From Azolla caroliniana (lineage: Eukaryota; Plantae; Polypodiophyta), in the NCBI GenBank assembly GCA_043228905.1, contig JBHGNT010000012.1, forward strand, positions 5,146,001 to 5,210,000: a stretch of 64,000 nucleotides of DNA, in the 5' to 3' direction. The first letter of the stretch is position 1. Each line of letters starts with the position of its first letter. Under the pieces are notes generated by a model, which worked only from the letters and a program-made list of their open reading frames with translations, was not told where the DNA came from and ran no database searches. Positions 38,919-50,000 of the stretch are shown one piece after another. Made by a program: the position numbers and the translations under genes.

Positions 38919-40424
38919 TTACACAAAGAAAAATGAGAACAATTTTTTGTATAGCTCTTCGGATTCCTTTGTCTTTCGATCTTGATCTTCTTGACCTAGA
39001 TCTTCCTGTAATTCACCTAGCTTCCTGTTTGAGGTAGTGGTGTTGGATGTTTGATGAGGTGAAAGCACCTTATCAATCCCCTGTACAGAGATCCGCCCAT
39101 CCTTGAAGATGTCAATGTCGACTAGATGAGCCTTGCCTTTACCTTCTCCGAATACCACCGTCCCATCTTCCTCCTCTGCGACCAGCTTGTGTGACTCCCT
39201 TAGGGTTTGGTATGACACCTGACCGAACCTGCGGACGGCATTGTAGAAGCTCTCCTCTGTTTGGTACTCAGGGATGATATGGTAGTAGATGATGAGCTCT
39301 GGGGCGCCAGGCGCGGCAAGCTGCTCGATCGGGAGCTCTTTCATGGCCTCATCATTGGGGGCAAGGATGGTCATGCGGTAGCCTTCGGTCACTAATTTAG
39401 CAAGCACCGGTGCAAGGGAGGTGAGATTGACAAGGAGATCGGCCATTTCGTTGTATCCGCCATAGCCCACAAGGGTGGAGATGAAATCGGCTACGACAGA
39501 TTCTCCGTCGAACACGTTATGGCGAGAGGAAGGTCCAGGGGCAGGGGCAGGGGCCAGGGAAGGAGATGGTGCTAGGGCATCGTAGATGGTGTCAGAAGGC
39601 GGGGCATAGGCCCTGGCCTTCAGAGCTGCGGCTGCGGCTGCTGCTTTTGCTTTCTGGGACCTGTAGGAATCCGGAGTGGGCGACTGTTCCGGCAAGACTG
39701 CGAGCATTCGGTCCCTCACCTGCCTTTCCTTCCAAGCATTGTAGGCAGACTGTACTGATCTTGGGATGAGCAGCCTGTCGATGCCGTGCACCACGCCGTC
39801 CCTCCGCTTGATCGCGCCGGGGACAACCACACTGCTCAGATCTGCTCGCAATTCCCGCCTTCCCGCGCCATCTCTGCCCGAGACAGAGAATTCCAGAGGT
39901 TGCCCTGCCAGTGTAGCCACGGTCTGGTTCCTCCATTGTGCCGAGGAGATGCGGCGGGGGATGATGTGGAAGAGGAGGAGCTCTCGCAGGGAGCGGAGGT
40001 TCCCTGGCTCCAGCAGGAATTGGCGGAAATCGGGGTCGAGGCCATGGTTTCCCGAGGCTTCGGAGAGGAAGGAGTTGCGTGGGGCGAGGATGGTGATGTT
40101 GGTGGAGGAGACGGTCTGCTCGAGGGTGGGGAGGAGGGAGGCCTCATCCGCCATTTCGGCGAGGTCTGTGTAGGGCGAGTCGAGGAGGGCCACCAGGATG
40201 GAGTCGGAGCTGATGGCGGGGGAGCTGATGGAGGTAGCGATGGCGGAAGAAGAAGAATCAGAAGAATCAGAAGGGGAGCGGTGATGGACGGTGGTGCGTT
40301 TGGGGGACGGGCGGCGCAGGAAAGAGGCGGCGGAGGAGGAGGAGGAGGAGGCGGAGATGCAAGGAGGGTTCCAGAAGCAGCATAGCAGGAGCAGGAGGAG
40401 CGCCGCTTCGGCGGCGGCAGCCAT
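38919..40424 (-). CDS. Fasciclin-like arabinogalactan protein, two FAS1 domains (FLA15-18 type)
   Basis: ATG at 40424 gives a signal peptide MAAAAEAALLLLLLCCFW. FAS1 motifs ITILAPRN / LLLFHIIP / DGVVHGIDRLLIP and MTILAPNDEAM / YYHIIPEYQTEESFYNAVRRFG / DGRISVQGIDKVL. AP-rich linker LAPAPAPGP. The extreme C-terminus may be spliced (possible donor at 39016). Confidence 0.92.
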   Translation of the reverse strand: MAAAAEAALLLLLLCCFWNPPCISASSSSSSAASFLRRPSPKRTTVHHRSPSDSSDSSSSAIATSISSPAISSDSILVALLDSPYTDLAEMADEASLLPTLEQTVSSTNITILAPRNSFLSEASGNHGLDPDFRQFLLEPGNLRSLRELLLFHIIPRRISSAQWRNQTVATLAGQPLEFSVSGRDGAGRRELRADLSSVVVPGAIKRRDGVVHGIDRLLIPRSVQSAYNAWKERQVRDRMLAVLPEQSPTPDSYRSQKAKAAAAAAALKARAYAPPSDTIYDALAPSPSLAPAPAPGPSSRHNVFDGESVVADFISTLVGYGGYNEMADLLVNLTSLAPVLAKLVTEGYRMTILAPNDEAMKELPIEQLAAPGAPELIIYYHIIPEYQTEESFYNAVRRFGQVSYQTLRESHKLVAEEEDGTVVFGEGKGKAHLVDIDIFKDGRISVQGIDKVLSPHQTSNTTTSNRKLGELQEDLGQEDQDRKTKESEELYKKLFSFFFV

Positions 40425-40554
40425 GGCTATGGCTATGGCTATGGCGCGAAAGAGCAGCAGCGCACACACAGAGAACACAGCAGAACAGAGGAGGAGGAGG
40501 AAAACAGAGCAGAGCAGATGGAAGGGAAGGGGAGAGGGGGGGTGCCTTTCTCTG

Positions 40555-40666
40555 TAGAGAGAGGGGAGAGGAGAGAGAGAATGGAAGAGAGAGAGAGAGA
40601 GACAGAGAGAGAAAAGAAAGAGAGAGAGACAGAGAGAGAGAGAGAGGAGAGAGAAGATACAGTGGA

Positions 40667-40698
<32 letters not shown>

Positions 40699-40830
40699 GA
40701 GAGAAGATACAATGGAAGAGAGAGAAGATACAGAGAGAGAGAGAGGAGAGAGAGAAAGAGAAGAGAGAAGATACAATGGAAGAGAGAGAAGATAGAGAGA
40801 GAGAGAGAAGAGAGAGGAGAGAGGAGAGAG
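40555..40830. repeat. Compound (GA)n/(CT)n repeat with GAAGATACA(A/G)TGGAAG units in the FLA 5' region
   Basis: Seen directly. Confidence 0.9.
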
Positions 40831-42469
40831 AAGTTAGGGGGGGTTCACACGCTAGCCTTTCCAAAAAAAATAGAAAAAAGGAATTTTTAGTTGAGCGCTC
40901 GCTTTGTTCTGCTCACACGTCACTGTCGTTCTTCGTTTTTTTCGATGGCCACAGCGCAGCGACAGACAAGACAGACCAAAAACACGCCACCGACACACAT
41001 CACTTTCTTCTTCTTCTTCTTGTGTGTTCTTTTCTTGTGGGTGGACATTTCATTTTATTTTATTTTGTCCGGCCAACCCCTCCCCCCCCCCCCCCCCCTT
41101 TGGGGTGCTTTCCTTTTCCCCTCTTCTCATCCGCGTGCTTTCCTTTTTCTGGTGTGGCCGGACGTCTCTTTCTCCGGCTTGCCTCACTCTCTCTCTCTCC
41201 TTGGCCCCGCCACTCACTGCTACGAGCATAACCGCAACCATAGTTTAGGTGTGGGCTATTAGACTTATGGAACAGAGGGTTACGATCACTTGCTCGGGTC
41301 TCTAAACCACATCCCACATCCCACACCCCAAAACCCATCTCGGCAACAACTTGTAATCCCATCCCGCTCCCTTTGCAAATCTCGCCACAAAGCCCTCACC
41401 CCCACATCTCACCGATGCAATGACCCCGATCCCGCTCGTGCCCCCCTGATTCTCATCACTACTCGAAAAGCTTTGCGGACGAGCGAGCGAGTTTTGAAAA
41501 CCTTCCGCATCTTGAGTACACGAACAATAAAGTGAATGGGGCCCATCCCCACCGCTTGAATCGCAGTTGGCCTACGGTTGGCATTGGCATGGTGATGGAA
41601 GATTGAAGAAACTTTTTCTTTCTTTTTGCTTACCTGTAGCCCCACTATGTTAAGGGAAAGAAAAAATTGGTTTCATATAGTAAATAGGGTTGTTTGAACT
41701 CATCTCTTAAACCGGTCAATGGAGCAAACTCTATATAAAATAAGAGACTTGACGTGCATTTCTCTATGTGTAGGTGGGTTGTCACATTGGATTGCTACTT
41801 GAAAGAAACTCTTTATTTACCCATGAAACTTTGAATTCTGAAAAAATATTACATATTGAATTAAAATCAACATAGATTTGTACACGGGGCATTGTACTTG
41901 CTATGATGGCAAAACTTCGGTACAGGGTCTCTTGCCTTTATGATATACATAGAGAAGCACGAGTTATTGGCAAGATTGAGGTGCACTTGACTTGGTGTAT
42001 GAGCAACTAAGTGTTTTGTATTCCCTAAACATTTAGATAAATGAACATCCATATGCGAACAAGCTCGAGACGTTCAAAATTACAACCTGGTCTCTTATCA
42101 TGCCTACTTCCCAAATAAAAAAAATGGTTGTATCCTTATTCAATTTGCAGAAAATGACACCATCTATCTCTTTTCATGGTTTTCATCCCTCAAATGGTTA
42201 CTTGCTATCTCAAACAAGGAACAAGCGACAATATGTTTATTGTTTTGCTCTTATCATAAGCCACCATTAGCTTCTTTAGAGATGTTAATATACTTGAAAT
42301 TGCATACACATAAAGCATTCAAGACCCTACAATGCATGAATATTATAAATACTAGCTACCATCATTGACCATCCAAAAAGGACATTTGAACTTGTTAAGA
42401 ATTAGGTAATTAAGCAATGGTTAATTAGTACCTAATTATGTGATTAAGTTAAGTGCGAAAGATTATGTG

Positions 42470-42512
<43 letters not shown>

Positions 42513-43019
42513 CGGAAGAGAGAGAGGAAGATACACTTATGAACAACACAAGATGGGGGATGATTAACTCTATATTAAATTAGCATTATTATCATCATCG
42601 AATACAAAAATACCCACAATGAGGTATATATACATCTCATGTGCAAAGGTGCACATGTGTGAGTAGAATATAGGTACTAAGGTGTAAGTTCTATATTAAA
42701 TGTACTTAGGAGTGGAGGATCTAGAATATCCCACATAAGTACAAGGTCCTATTTAAGGTGTTATAGTCAACACTCCTAACTAGATTCTATCTAGGTAACT
42801 ATGAAGTTACATGGTTAACTAAATAACTAAACTAAGTTGAGCTTGATCTCTCAACACGCCCCCTCAAGCTCAAGTGTGAGGTGTCTGACATCTGCTTTGG
42901 CTTTCGTCAACTTTGTGTGCTTCCGTTTGGCCTTCGGTTTTCTTTGGCCTGTCCGAGGCAATCTCGGTTCCTCCCCCTCAAGCCGGTGACGAAGGCTTGT
43001 AGTGTGTGGGCGAAGGTCA

Positions 43020-44300
43020 ACTACTTCCACCCATCATGGGTTACGAGCGGCTTCGGTGGAGCTCTTGGGCTTTTGTTCGGCCGCTACCTTCATCGCGAAG
43101 GCATAGTGATGGGTCATGTACTCGTTGTAGCCGAGCTGAGCGATTGGATTCTTCTCTTTAGAAGAGCGTCAAAGTTCTTCACTCGCGGATGTGAGCGCCT
43201 TCTTTACTCCGGGTGTCTACATGATGGGTACACCAAACTCACTATTTGGTGAGGGAGCCGACACATCCGAATCACTGTCGTCGGGGTGGTCGACTTCGTA
43301 TTCGGGCATCTTACCTTTCCCTTTGTCCAAGGTCGTACTTGGCCGTGATGTGCTTTGGTCATTCGGGGCTCTTGTGGCCCACTAAGCCTTGCCATAATCG
43401 GACTTCCTTCGAACATGCACGTGAGTCGATCTTCAGCTTCTATCTCTATTTCGGCGGATTCCGGGTCGAGCAGAATTGGAGTCGAAGTTGTCTCTAGTGC
43501 GTACCAGGATGCAGACTCGTCAAAGACTACGTCTCGACTTACTCGAACTGCTCGGGTAGAAGGGTTGTAGCACTTGTATGCCTTCTTCTCGGACGGGTAT
43601 CCTACAATGATACATTTCTCCGACTTCGCGTTGGGCTTCTGTTGATATTCGTTCGGGAAGCGTACATTCGCAATGCTTCCGAACACCTTGAGGTGCGATA
43701 GGATCGACTTCCGTTCGACAAGGAGCTCGTATGGAGTTAGCTCATGCACTCCATTAGTAGTGCATCGATTCATGAGATAGACGGTCGTGGATGCCGCGTC
43801 GGCCCAATAGAAGTTCAGCATGTGCTTCTTATGTAACATGGCCCATACTACCTCGAGTATTTGTCAATTCTTCCTTTCGGCGACTCCATTTTGTTGGGGT
43901 GTGTGTCGGCATGAGAATTCTCTCCGAATGCCTTCACTTTGGAGGCAGGAGGTGAATTCATCGGAGAAGTACTCCTTGCCTCCTTCCGATCGTAGACATC
44001 GAATGTGCCGATTAGTTTTTTTTTCGACTTGGCCCTTGAGCTTTTGGAAGTGGAAGAACACTTCGCTCTTCTTCTTCATCGAGAAGATCCACGCATAGAA
44101 CGATTACTTCGCTCTTCTTCTTCATCGAGAAGATCCACGCATAGCGCGAGTAATCGTCGATGAAGGTGACGTAGAATCGGCATCCATTGATCGTTGGCAT
44201 TTGAGCCAGTCCCCATACATTCGAGTGTATGATGTCGAGGAGGCCTTTGCTTGTGTCGCTCTCCTTCGAGAATGAGAGTCAATGTTGTTTGCCGAGTTGG
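43020..44300 (-). pseudogene. Copia C integrase remnant
   Basis: CLRSEGGKEYFS, QQNGVAERKN, FYWADAASTTVYLMNR, KAYKCYNP..SRDVVFDE, YNEYMTHHYAF. Confidence 0.88.
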
Positions 44301-44311
44301 TGTCATGATAT

Positions 44312-44372
44312 GGCAAGACTCGAACCCATGACCTTATGTTATATGGGTCGAGCTCTTGACCATTATACTATC
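44312..44372 (-). promoter_or_regulatory. tRNA-like A-box/B-box module, antisense in U3 of LTR E (second copy 55026-55086)
   Basis: - strand reads TAGTATAATGGTCAAG...AAGGTCATGGGTTCGAGTC. The T8-to-G53 offset is 45 nt, as in canonical tRNAs. Confidence 0.7.
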
Positions 44373-44445
44373 TATTGTAATACGTAGGATATTATTTTCA
44401 TTTAAGTTTTATTATAGGAAATTAATGTATATTCTAGATTTCTCT

Positions 44446-44465
44446 GGAACATTCTAGAAGCTTCA
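44446..44465 (+). promoter_or_regulatory. Perfect 4-unit heat-shock element gGAAcaTTCtaGAAgcTTCa (copy at 55160-55179)
   Basis: Matches the alternating nGAAn consensus and ends 20 nt upstream of TATAAAA (44485). Confidence 0.8.
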
Positions 44466-44727
44466 GGATTACTCCTGAGAACACTATAAAAGAAGGCACT
44501 AGGCATTATGTTGAACCAAATTGGTTCAACGCCAGTCTTAAGCCTCTTAGCCACTTTGTACTTATCCTTCACATAATATATTAGTTGTTATCATCATCTC
44601 TCTCTCACTCTCTCCTCTTCTCCCCTTCTCTCTCGAGAATCTTATGTAGTCCCGTCCTCTTAGTACTAATAATACTTCTCTTCTTTAGTACTAATTCTCT
44701 CTCTGCTTTAGTACTATTCCTGACAGT

Positions 44728-44740
44728 TTGAACCAAATTT
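44728..44740 (+). promoter_or_regulatory. Self-priming PBS of element E (TTGAACCAA)
   Basis: Complementary to TTGGTTCAA at 44521-44529. No TGG-type tRNA PBS present. Confidence 0.75.
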
Positions 44741-44793
44741 CCCTCAAGCCTACTTGTCGTTCTCCCTCATCCTCCTACCCTTTTCCCTATACT

Positions 44794-46499
44794 ATGGCTA
44801 CTGTTAGCGCCCAAGAATATCAATCCGTTTTCTCCGAGCTACAATGCCTAAAAGAAAAATTTGTTGCCTTGGAACAAGAAAACCAACAGCTCATAGGGGA
44901 TCTGCAACAAATCGCTCTAGAAAAACAACAAACGTAGCAACAACATGGGGAGTTAGCGTTACGGGTACAACAACTCGAAGCAACATTGCAACAACAAGGA
45001 TCGAGTCCCCAAGGATTTCATAAAGAGCCGAAGGTTGGACTTCCTGTGAAATTTGATGGAACGCGATCGCAATTCCGGGGATTCCTTAATCAGGTACGAT
45101 TAGTCATCCAAATGCATCCTTCTCAATACCGCACTGATGCATCCCGAGTCGGCCTAATAGGCACGTTGCTTAGTGACTCAGCCTTAGCATGGTTCGCTCC
45201 GATTCTAGAAAAACAATCGCCCTTGCTTAATAACTTTGAAGATTTTATTAGTGAGTTTAAAGCCTGCTTTGGAGACACTGTCAGCATCAGGACGACGATC
45301 AACAAGATCCGACGATTGAGTCAAGGCGATTGTCTAGCCTCTGCCTACGCGACAGATTTCCATCTACTCGCTTCAGATATCCCCTAGGATGATCATTCAC
45401 TAATGGAGCAGTTTCACTACGGCGTGCGAAATGATGTCAAAGATCTACTTCTAACATTCCCCGAAGAACCAAAGTCTCTTACGAAGGCAATCAATCGAGT
45501 GGTCTGATGTGACAACCGCCTTTTCGAACAACGTTCGGAACGTCAATTATAGATACCATGCTCTAGGCCGGAACCCACTTATGCCTCAGTCGCGTCTAAA
45601 CCATTTGCACGAGACATATCTCAAGCAAATACTCTGACACCGATGGAGATCGATACCATGTGTCGACGTGGCCCGTTATCGGAAGAAGAAAAGCAATGAC
45701 GACGTGCAAATCGATTATGTCTTTATTGCGGTGGACCATGGCATATCGCAATCAATTGTCCCCATAGGCCAAGAAGACAGGTAAATCAAATCGTAGCCTG
45801 TACTAAACCCGAGTCAATTCTTCCCTTAGGAGTGTCTGATAGTATTAAGAGTACTAACAGAGTGTTTGATTGTATTAATAGTACTAATAACCCAAGTATC
45901 TCAAACAAATTTGAAATCCTTAGTCACTTAGATGAAGAGTTAAATGATTGAGTCCAGCCAAAATAGGAGCCATTTGGTTGGACAACCCTAGATCTGTATA
46001 GCCCATTAGTGGTTCCATTCCCTGCAAGCAAGTTAGCAATGTGTTCCTAGCCCAAGTCATGGTTAATACTAAAAGTACTCCCCCAATACATGTCCTAGCA
46101 CTTCTAGATGCCAGAGCTAATTCCTGTTTCATGGATCGAAATTTTGCCCAAGCTTCTTAGATATCCTTAAGAAAACTTCCTTTCCCCGCATCTGTAGTAG
46201 TCATTGATGGTCGTCCCATTGCTTCCGGGAATATTGTAGAAGAGTCAGAACCCATTCGAGTTGTCCTAGGTAGTTTTGTGTGTGTAGTAGCATTTAATAT
46301 AATTAGTAGTCCAGAGCATCCCATTGTCCTGAGATTACCTTGGTTTGAATTACATAATCCAGACATAGATTGGAGAACAAGAGAAGTCCGACATCGACAA
46401 CCCCAAGAATCTACTCATCGAGTTTCGACCATTTCACTACGTCAATTACGCGAAGAAGGACACAAGGAGGCAATGTTCCTATTTGCAATATCAGTACAT
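44794..46499 (+). pseudogene. Element E gag and protease (stops)
   Basis: EPKVGLPVKFDGT..LAWFAP, zinc knuckle LCLYCGG..HIAINCP, gag stop 45949-45951, protease ALLDARANSCFMD..IVLRLPWFELHNP in the -1 frame. Confidence 0.9.
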
Positions 46500-46531
46500 C
46501 CTTCTGTCATGATAACACTCACATCATGCAT

Positions 46532-46622
46532 AAAAAAGATCATGACACTCACATTATGACTCGAAAGGATTTGAACCCACGACCTTGCTGTACACATGTC
46601 AAATCCTTAACCATTGTATTAA
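46532..46622 (-). promoter_or_regulatory. tRNA-like A-box/B-box module with T6 run, antisense in U3 of LTR F (second copy ~51545-51635)
   Basis: - strand reads TAATACAATGGTTAAGG...AAGGTCGTGGGTTCAAATCC with the same 45-nt offset. TTTTTT at 46537-46532. Confidence 0.7.
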
Positions 46623-46685
46623 TATTCTTATATGTATGGTCTCTAGAATATGAAATCTAATATCTAATATTCTATATTACTCTAC

Positions 46686-46806
46686 ATTCTAGAATGACCT
46701 AGAATATTCTAGACTGTTCTATCCCACTAGAACCTTCTAGAATACTCTAGAGATCTTCTAGATTACTCTACATTCTAGGATAACCTAGAATATTCTAGAG
46801 TGTTCT
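46686..46806 (+). promoter_or_regulatory. Cluster of heat-shock elements in LTR F (copy ~51703-51823)
   Basis: aGAAccTTCtaGAAt (46729-46743), aGAAtaTTCtaGActgTTCt (46701-46720) and aGAAtaTTCtaGAgtgTTCt (46787-46806), upstream of TATAAATA 46815. Confidence 0.75.
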
Positions 46807-46963
46807 CTATTACTTATAAATAGGGATCTACCACCCATTCCAAACCTAAATTGGTTCAACGCCATTTTGTAGCCTACTCTTTGTAATCCATTTTACGCTT
46901 CAATATAATAATTCTCTTTCAATTATCTCTCTATCTCTTTTTCTCTCTCTCAGTCTTGACAAT

Positions 46964-46975
46964 TTGAACCAATTT
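46964..46975 (+). promoter_or_regulatory. Self-priming PBS of element F (TTGAACCAATTT)
   Basis: Perfect 12-nt complement of AAATTGGTTCAA at 46848-46859, which starts 33 nt after the TATA. Confidence 0.8.
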
Positions 46976-47048
46976 TTTCCTTTCATCTCTTCGTCTTCCA
47001 CAAACCCTAACAAGTTCTCTTCTTCCTTCTCCTCTCCCCTCGTAAGCT

Positions 47049-50000
47049 ATGGAGTCTGTGAGCAAACAAGAATACATGCGTGTTCTTTCTGAGCTCGACA
47101 TGCTCACGAATAAATTTGTGGCATTAGAGCATGAGAATCAAAGGCTACTTGTAGATCTACAACATGTGAGCGCCGAAAAAGCTCAACAATATGAAGAATT
47201 ATCACAGCGGGTTCATCAACTCGAGGCAACTATATTGTCATTATGAGAGCAAGCGTCAGGGGCTCAGAACTCCCCTAGAGAGCCAAAGATCAGCCTCCCC
47301 GCCAAGTTTGATGGTACGAGGTCTTTATTTCGATGCTTTTTGAATCAAGTTCGTCTGGTTATTCAACTACATCTCAATCGGTATCCAACTGATGCTGCTC
47401 GTGTGGGATTAGTGGGAACTTTGCTATGCAGTACGACATTAGCATGGTTCGCACCACTTCTCGAGAAGAAATCACCATTGCTTGAGGATTTCGAGGCATT
47501 TGTTAAAGAGTTTCAAGCTAGTTTCGGAGACACCGACAACACTAGGACAACGATAAACAAGATTCGAAGGCTCCGACAAGGAGATCGTCCCGCGTCGGCT
47601 TATGCAGCCGATTTCCGTCTCTTGGCATGCAATATCCCTTGGGATGAGGCGGCCTTAATGGATCAATTCCGTCAAGGTTTGAGAAATGATGTCAAAGATC
47701 TTCTTCTTACTTTCCCTGAAGATCCGAAGTCGCTTATAGAAGCCATTAGTCGAGCCGTGCGATGTGATAATCACCTATTTGAGCGATGTTCTGAGCGCCA
47801 ACAAATGTTACGCCACCAACCTGAGCAGACTTACGCTTCCGTAGTCGCAACGCCTCCACAAGTTTCTAGACCCATTACAAGGGATGGCCCAACTCCGATG
47901 GAAATAGAGTCAACACAACGTCGTGGGCCGTTATTAGATGCTGAGAAGCAACGACGTCGAGCGCATCGCCTTTGCCTGTATTGTGGCGGTCCAGGACATA
48001 TAGCTGTAAATTGTCCACATAAACCTAGACATCAAGTATACCAAGTAAGTGCCCATGAAAACCCTACATCGAGTCTATTGTTACTTCTAATAACATAAAT
48101 AAGCCTCATAGTCCATGCCATGAGAATAGATTCAATGTCTTGAGTCAATTAGAGGATGTGTTAAACAAGTAAGTCCGGCCAAAATAGGAGCCATTTGGTT
48201 GGACCATCCTAGCTATGTAGAGTTAGTTCCTAGTCGTGATTCCATTTCATCAAATCAAGTGAGTCAAGTTTTTTCAGCACAAGTCGAGCTTACCACATCT
48301 ACATGTCATCAAGTCCTAGCCTCTGCCCTCCTAGATCATGGAGCCAACTCTTGTTTCATGGATCGTGAATTCGCCTTGTCACAAAACATCCTCTTGAATA
48401 AGCTTCCCAACCTAGTAGCCGTAGGAGTCATTGATGGACGTCCCATAGCATCAGGAGATATAGTTGAGGAGTCCGAGCCAATTAGGATAGTTCTTGGCGA
48501 TTTGGCAAGCATAATCTCTTTCAACATTATTCGTAGTCCGGAACACCCAATAGTTCTAGGTCTCCCCTGGTTTGAACTCCATAACCTGAAGATTGATTGG
48601 ATGAAAAGAACAATTGAGGAGACCCGGGAAAAAAGCACAAACCCCGCATCCCTCTCTCCTACATGTAATAATAGATCCCCAGAGTTATCGCCCATCTCTT
48701 TACGATAGTTGCGGGAGGAAGGGGGGAACGAGCCCATGTTCGTCTTCGCAATAATATCAACTCCATCATCCACTTCACGTGAAGTGGACATTAAACTACC
48801 AGAGAAATACAAGGAGTTTTCAGATGTCTTTGATAAGGTGAAGGCTAATACATTGCTGGAGCATCAACCATACGACTGCCCTATTGACTTACAACCAGGG
48901 AAAGAACCTCCATGGGGCCCAATTTATAATCTCTCCCCTGTAGAGCTAGAGACTTTGCGGGAATATATTGATGAGAATCTGGCAAACGGATTCATTCGGT
49001 CTCCCGAATGCACTTGCTGTTTTCCAACATATGGTGAACGATATTTTTCGAGATTTTCTTGATATCTTCACTATAGTTTACCTAGATGATATTTTAATCT
49101 ACTCGAAGACCCAAGAGGAGCATGACGAACATGTTTGTCAGGTACTGTGTCGACTCCGAGAATATGGTCTCTACGCAAAATTAGAAAAGTGTAGTTTCGA
49201 CCAGAATCAAGTGGAATTTTTGGGGTATGTTGTATCGTCAGATGGTATTGCAATGGACCCCATGAAGGTACAAACAATTTTAGAGTGGCAAACGCCCCTT
49301 TCAGTGCGTGATGTGCAATGTTTTCTCGGGTTTGCAAATTTTTATCGAAAATTTATTAAAGATTATTCCAAGGTTTTGCTTCCGCTTACTCACCTCACAC
49401 ATAAAGATCAACCATTTATATGGAGTTAAAATGTAGCCGAGGCATTCGAAAGCTTAAAACGAGCATTTACAACGGCACCTATCTTAGCACATGTCGACCC
49501 AACAAAACGCTTCATCCTCGAAGCCGATGCATCCGATTTTGCACTAGGGAGTGTCCTCTCGCAGACTGGAGATGATGGACAGCTACACCCTGTCGCCTTT
49601 CATTCATGAAAGTTTGAAGCTGTAGAGATCAACTACGAGATCCATGACAAAGAGCTTCTTGCAATTGTGGATTCGTTTCAACAATGGAGACATTTCCTAG
49701 AAGGTTCTTCTTAGCAGATCATTGTCTATAGTGATCATAAGAATCTGACTTATTTCCAAAATGCTCGAGTCTTGAGTCGGCGACAAGCCCGGTGGGCGCA
49801 ATTTTTGACTCACTTCGACTTTATCATCATATATCGCCCTGGGATGCAGCAAGGCAAAGCAAATGCTCTTTCTCGGCGCTCTTATATGGAACTTCGTCCA
49901 GGGGAACTTGCATTTGAGCATAAAAAACAAATCCTTTTGGGTCCTAATCGATTACAATTAATGGTAGTTAACGCCATAACAACTCTTGAAAATTCCACTC

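Noticed and set aside
40425-40712. 96-aa N-terminal extension of the 597-aa FLA ORF
   Set aside because: It runs through a CT microsatellite from a non-ATG start. The ATG at 40424 gives a proper signal peptide.
40267-41262. ORFs 40518-41231, 40267-40776, 40439-40864 and similar
   Set aside because: These are translations of (GA)n/(CT)n repeats.
44061-44144. 46-bp local duplication in Copia C integrase
   Set aside because: Ordinary repair or slippage scar in a dead element.
44312-44372. Functional tRNA genes in the LTRs
   Set aside because: No pairing acceptor stem or anticodon arm. Only the A/B boxes and their spacing are retained, so they are reported as regulatory modules.
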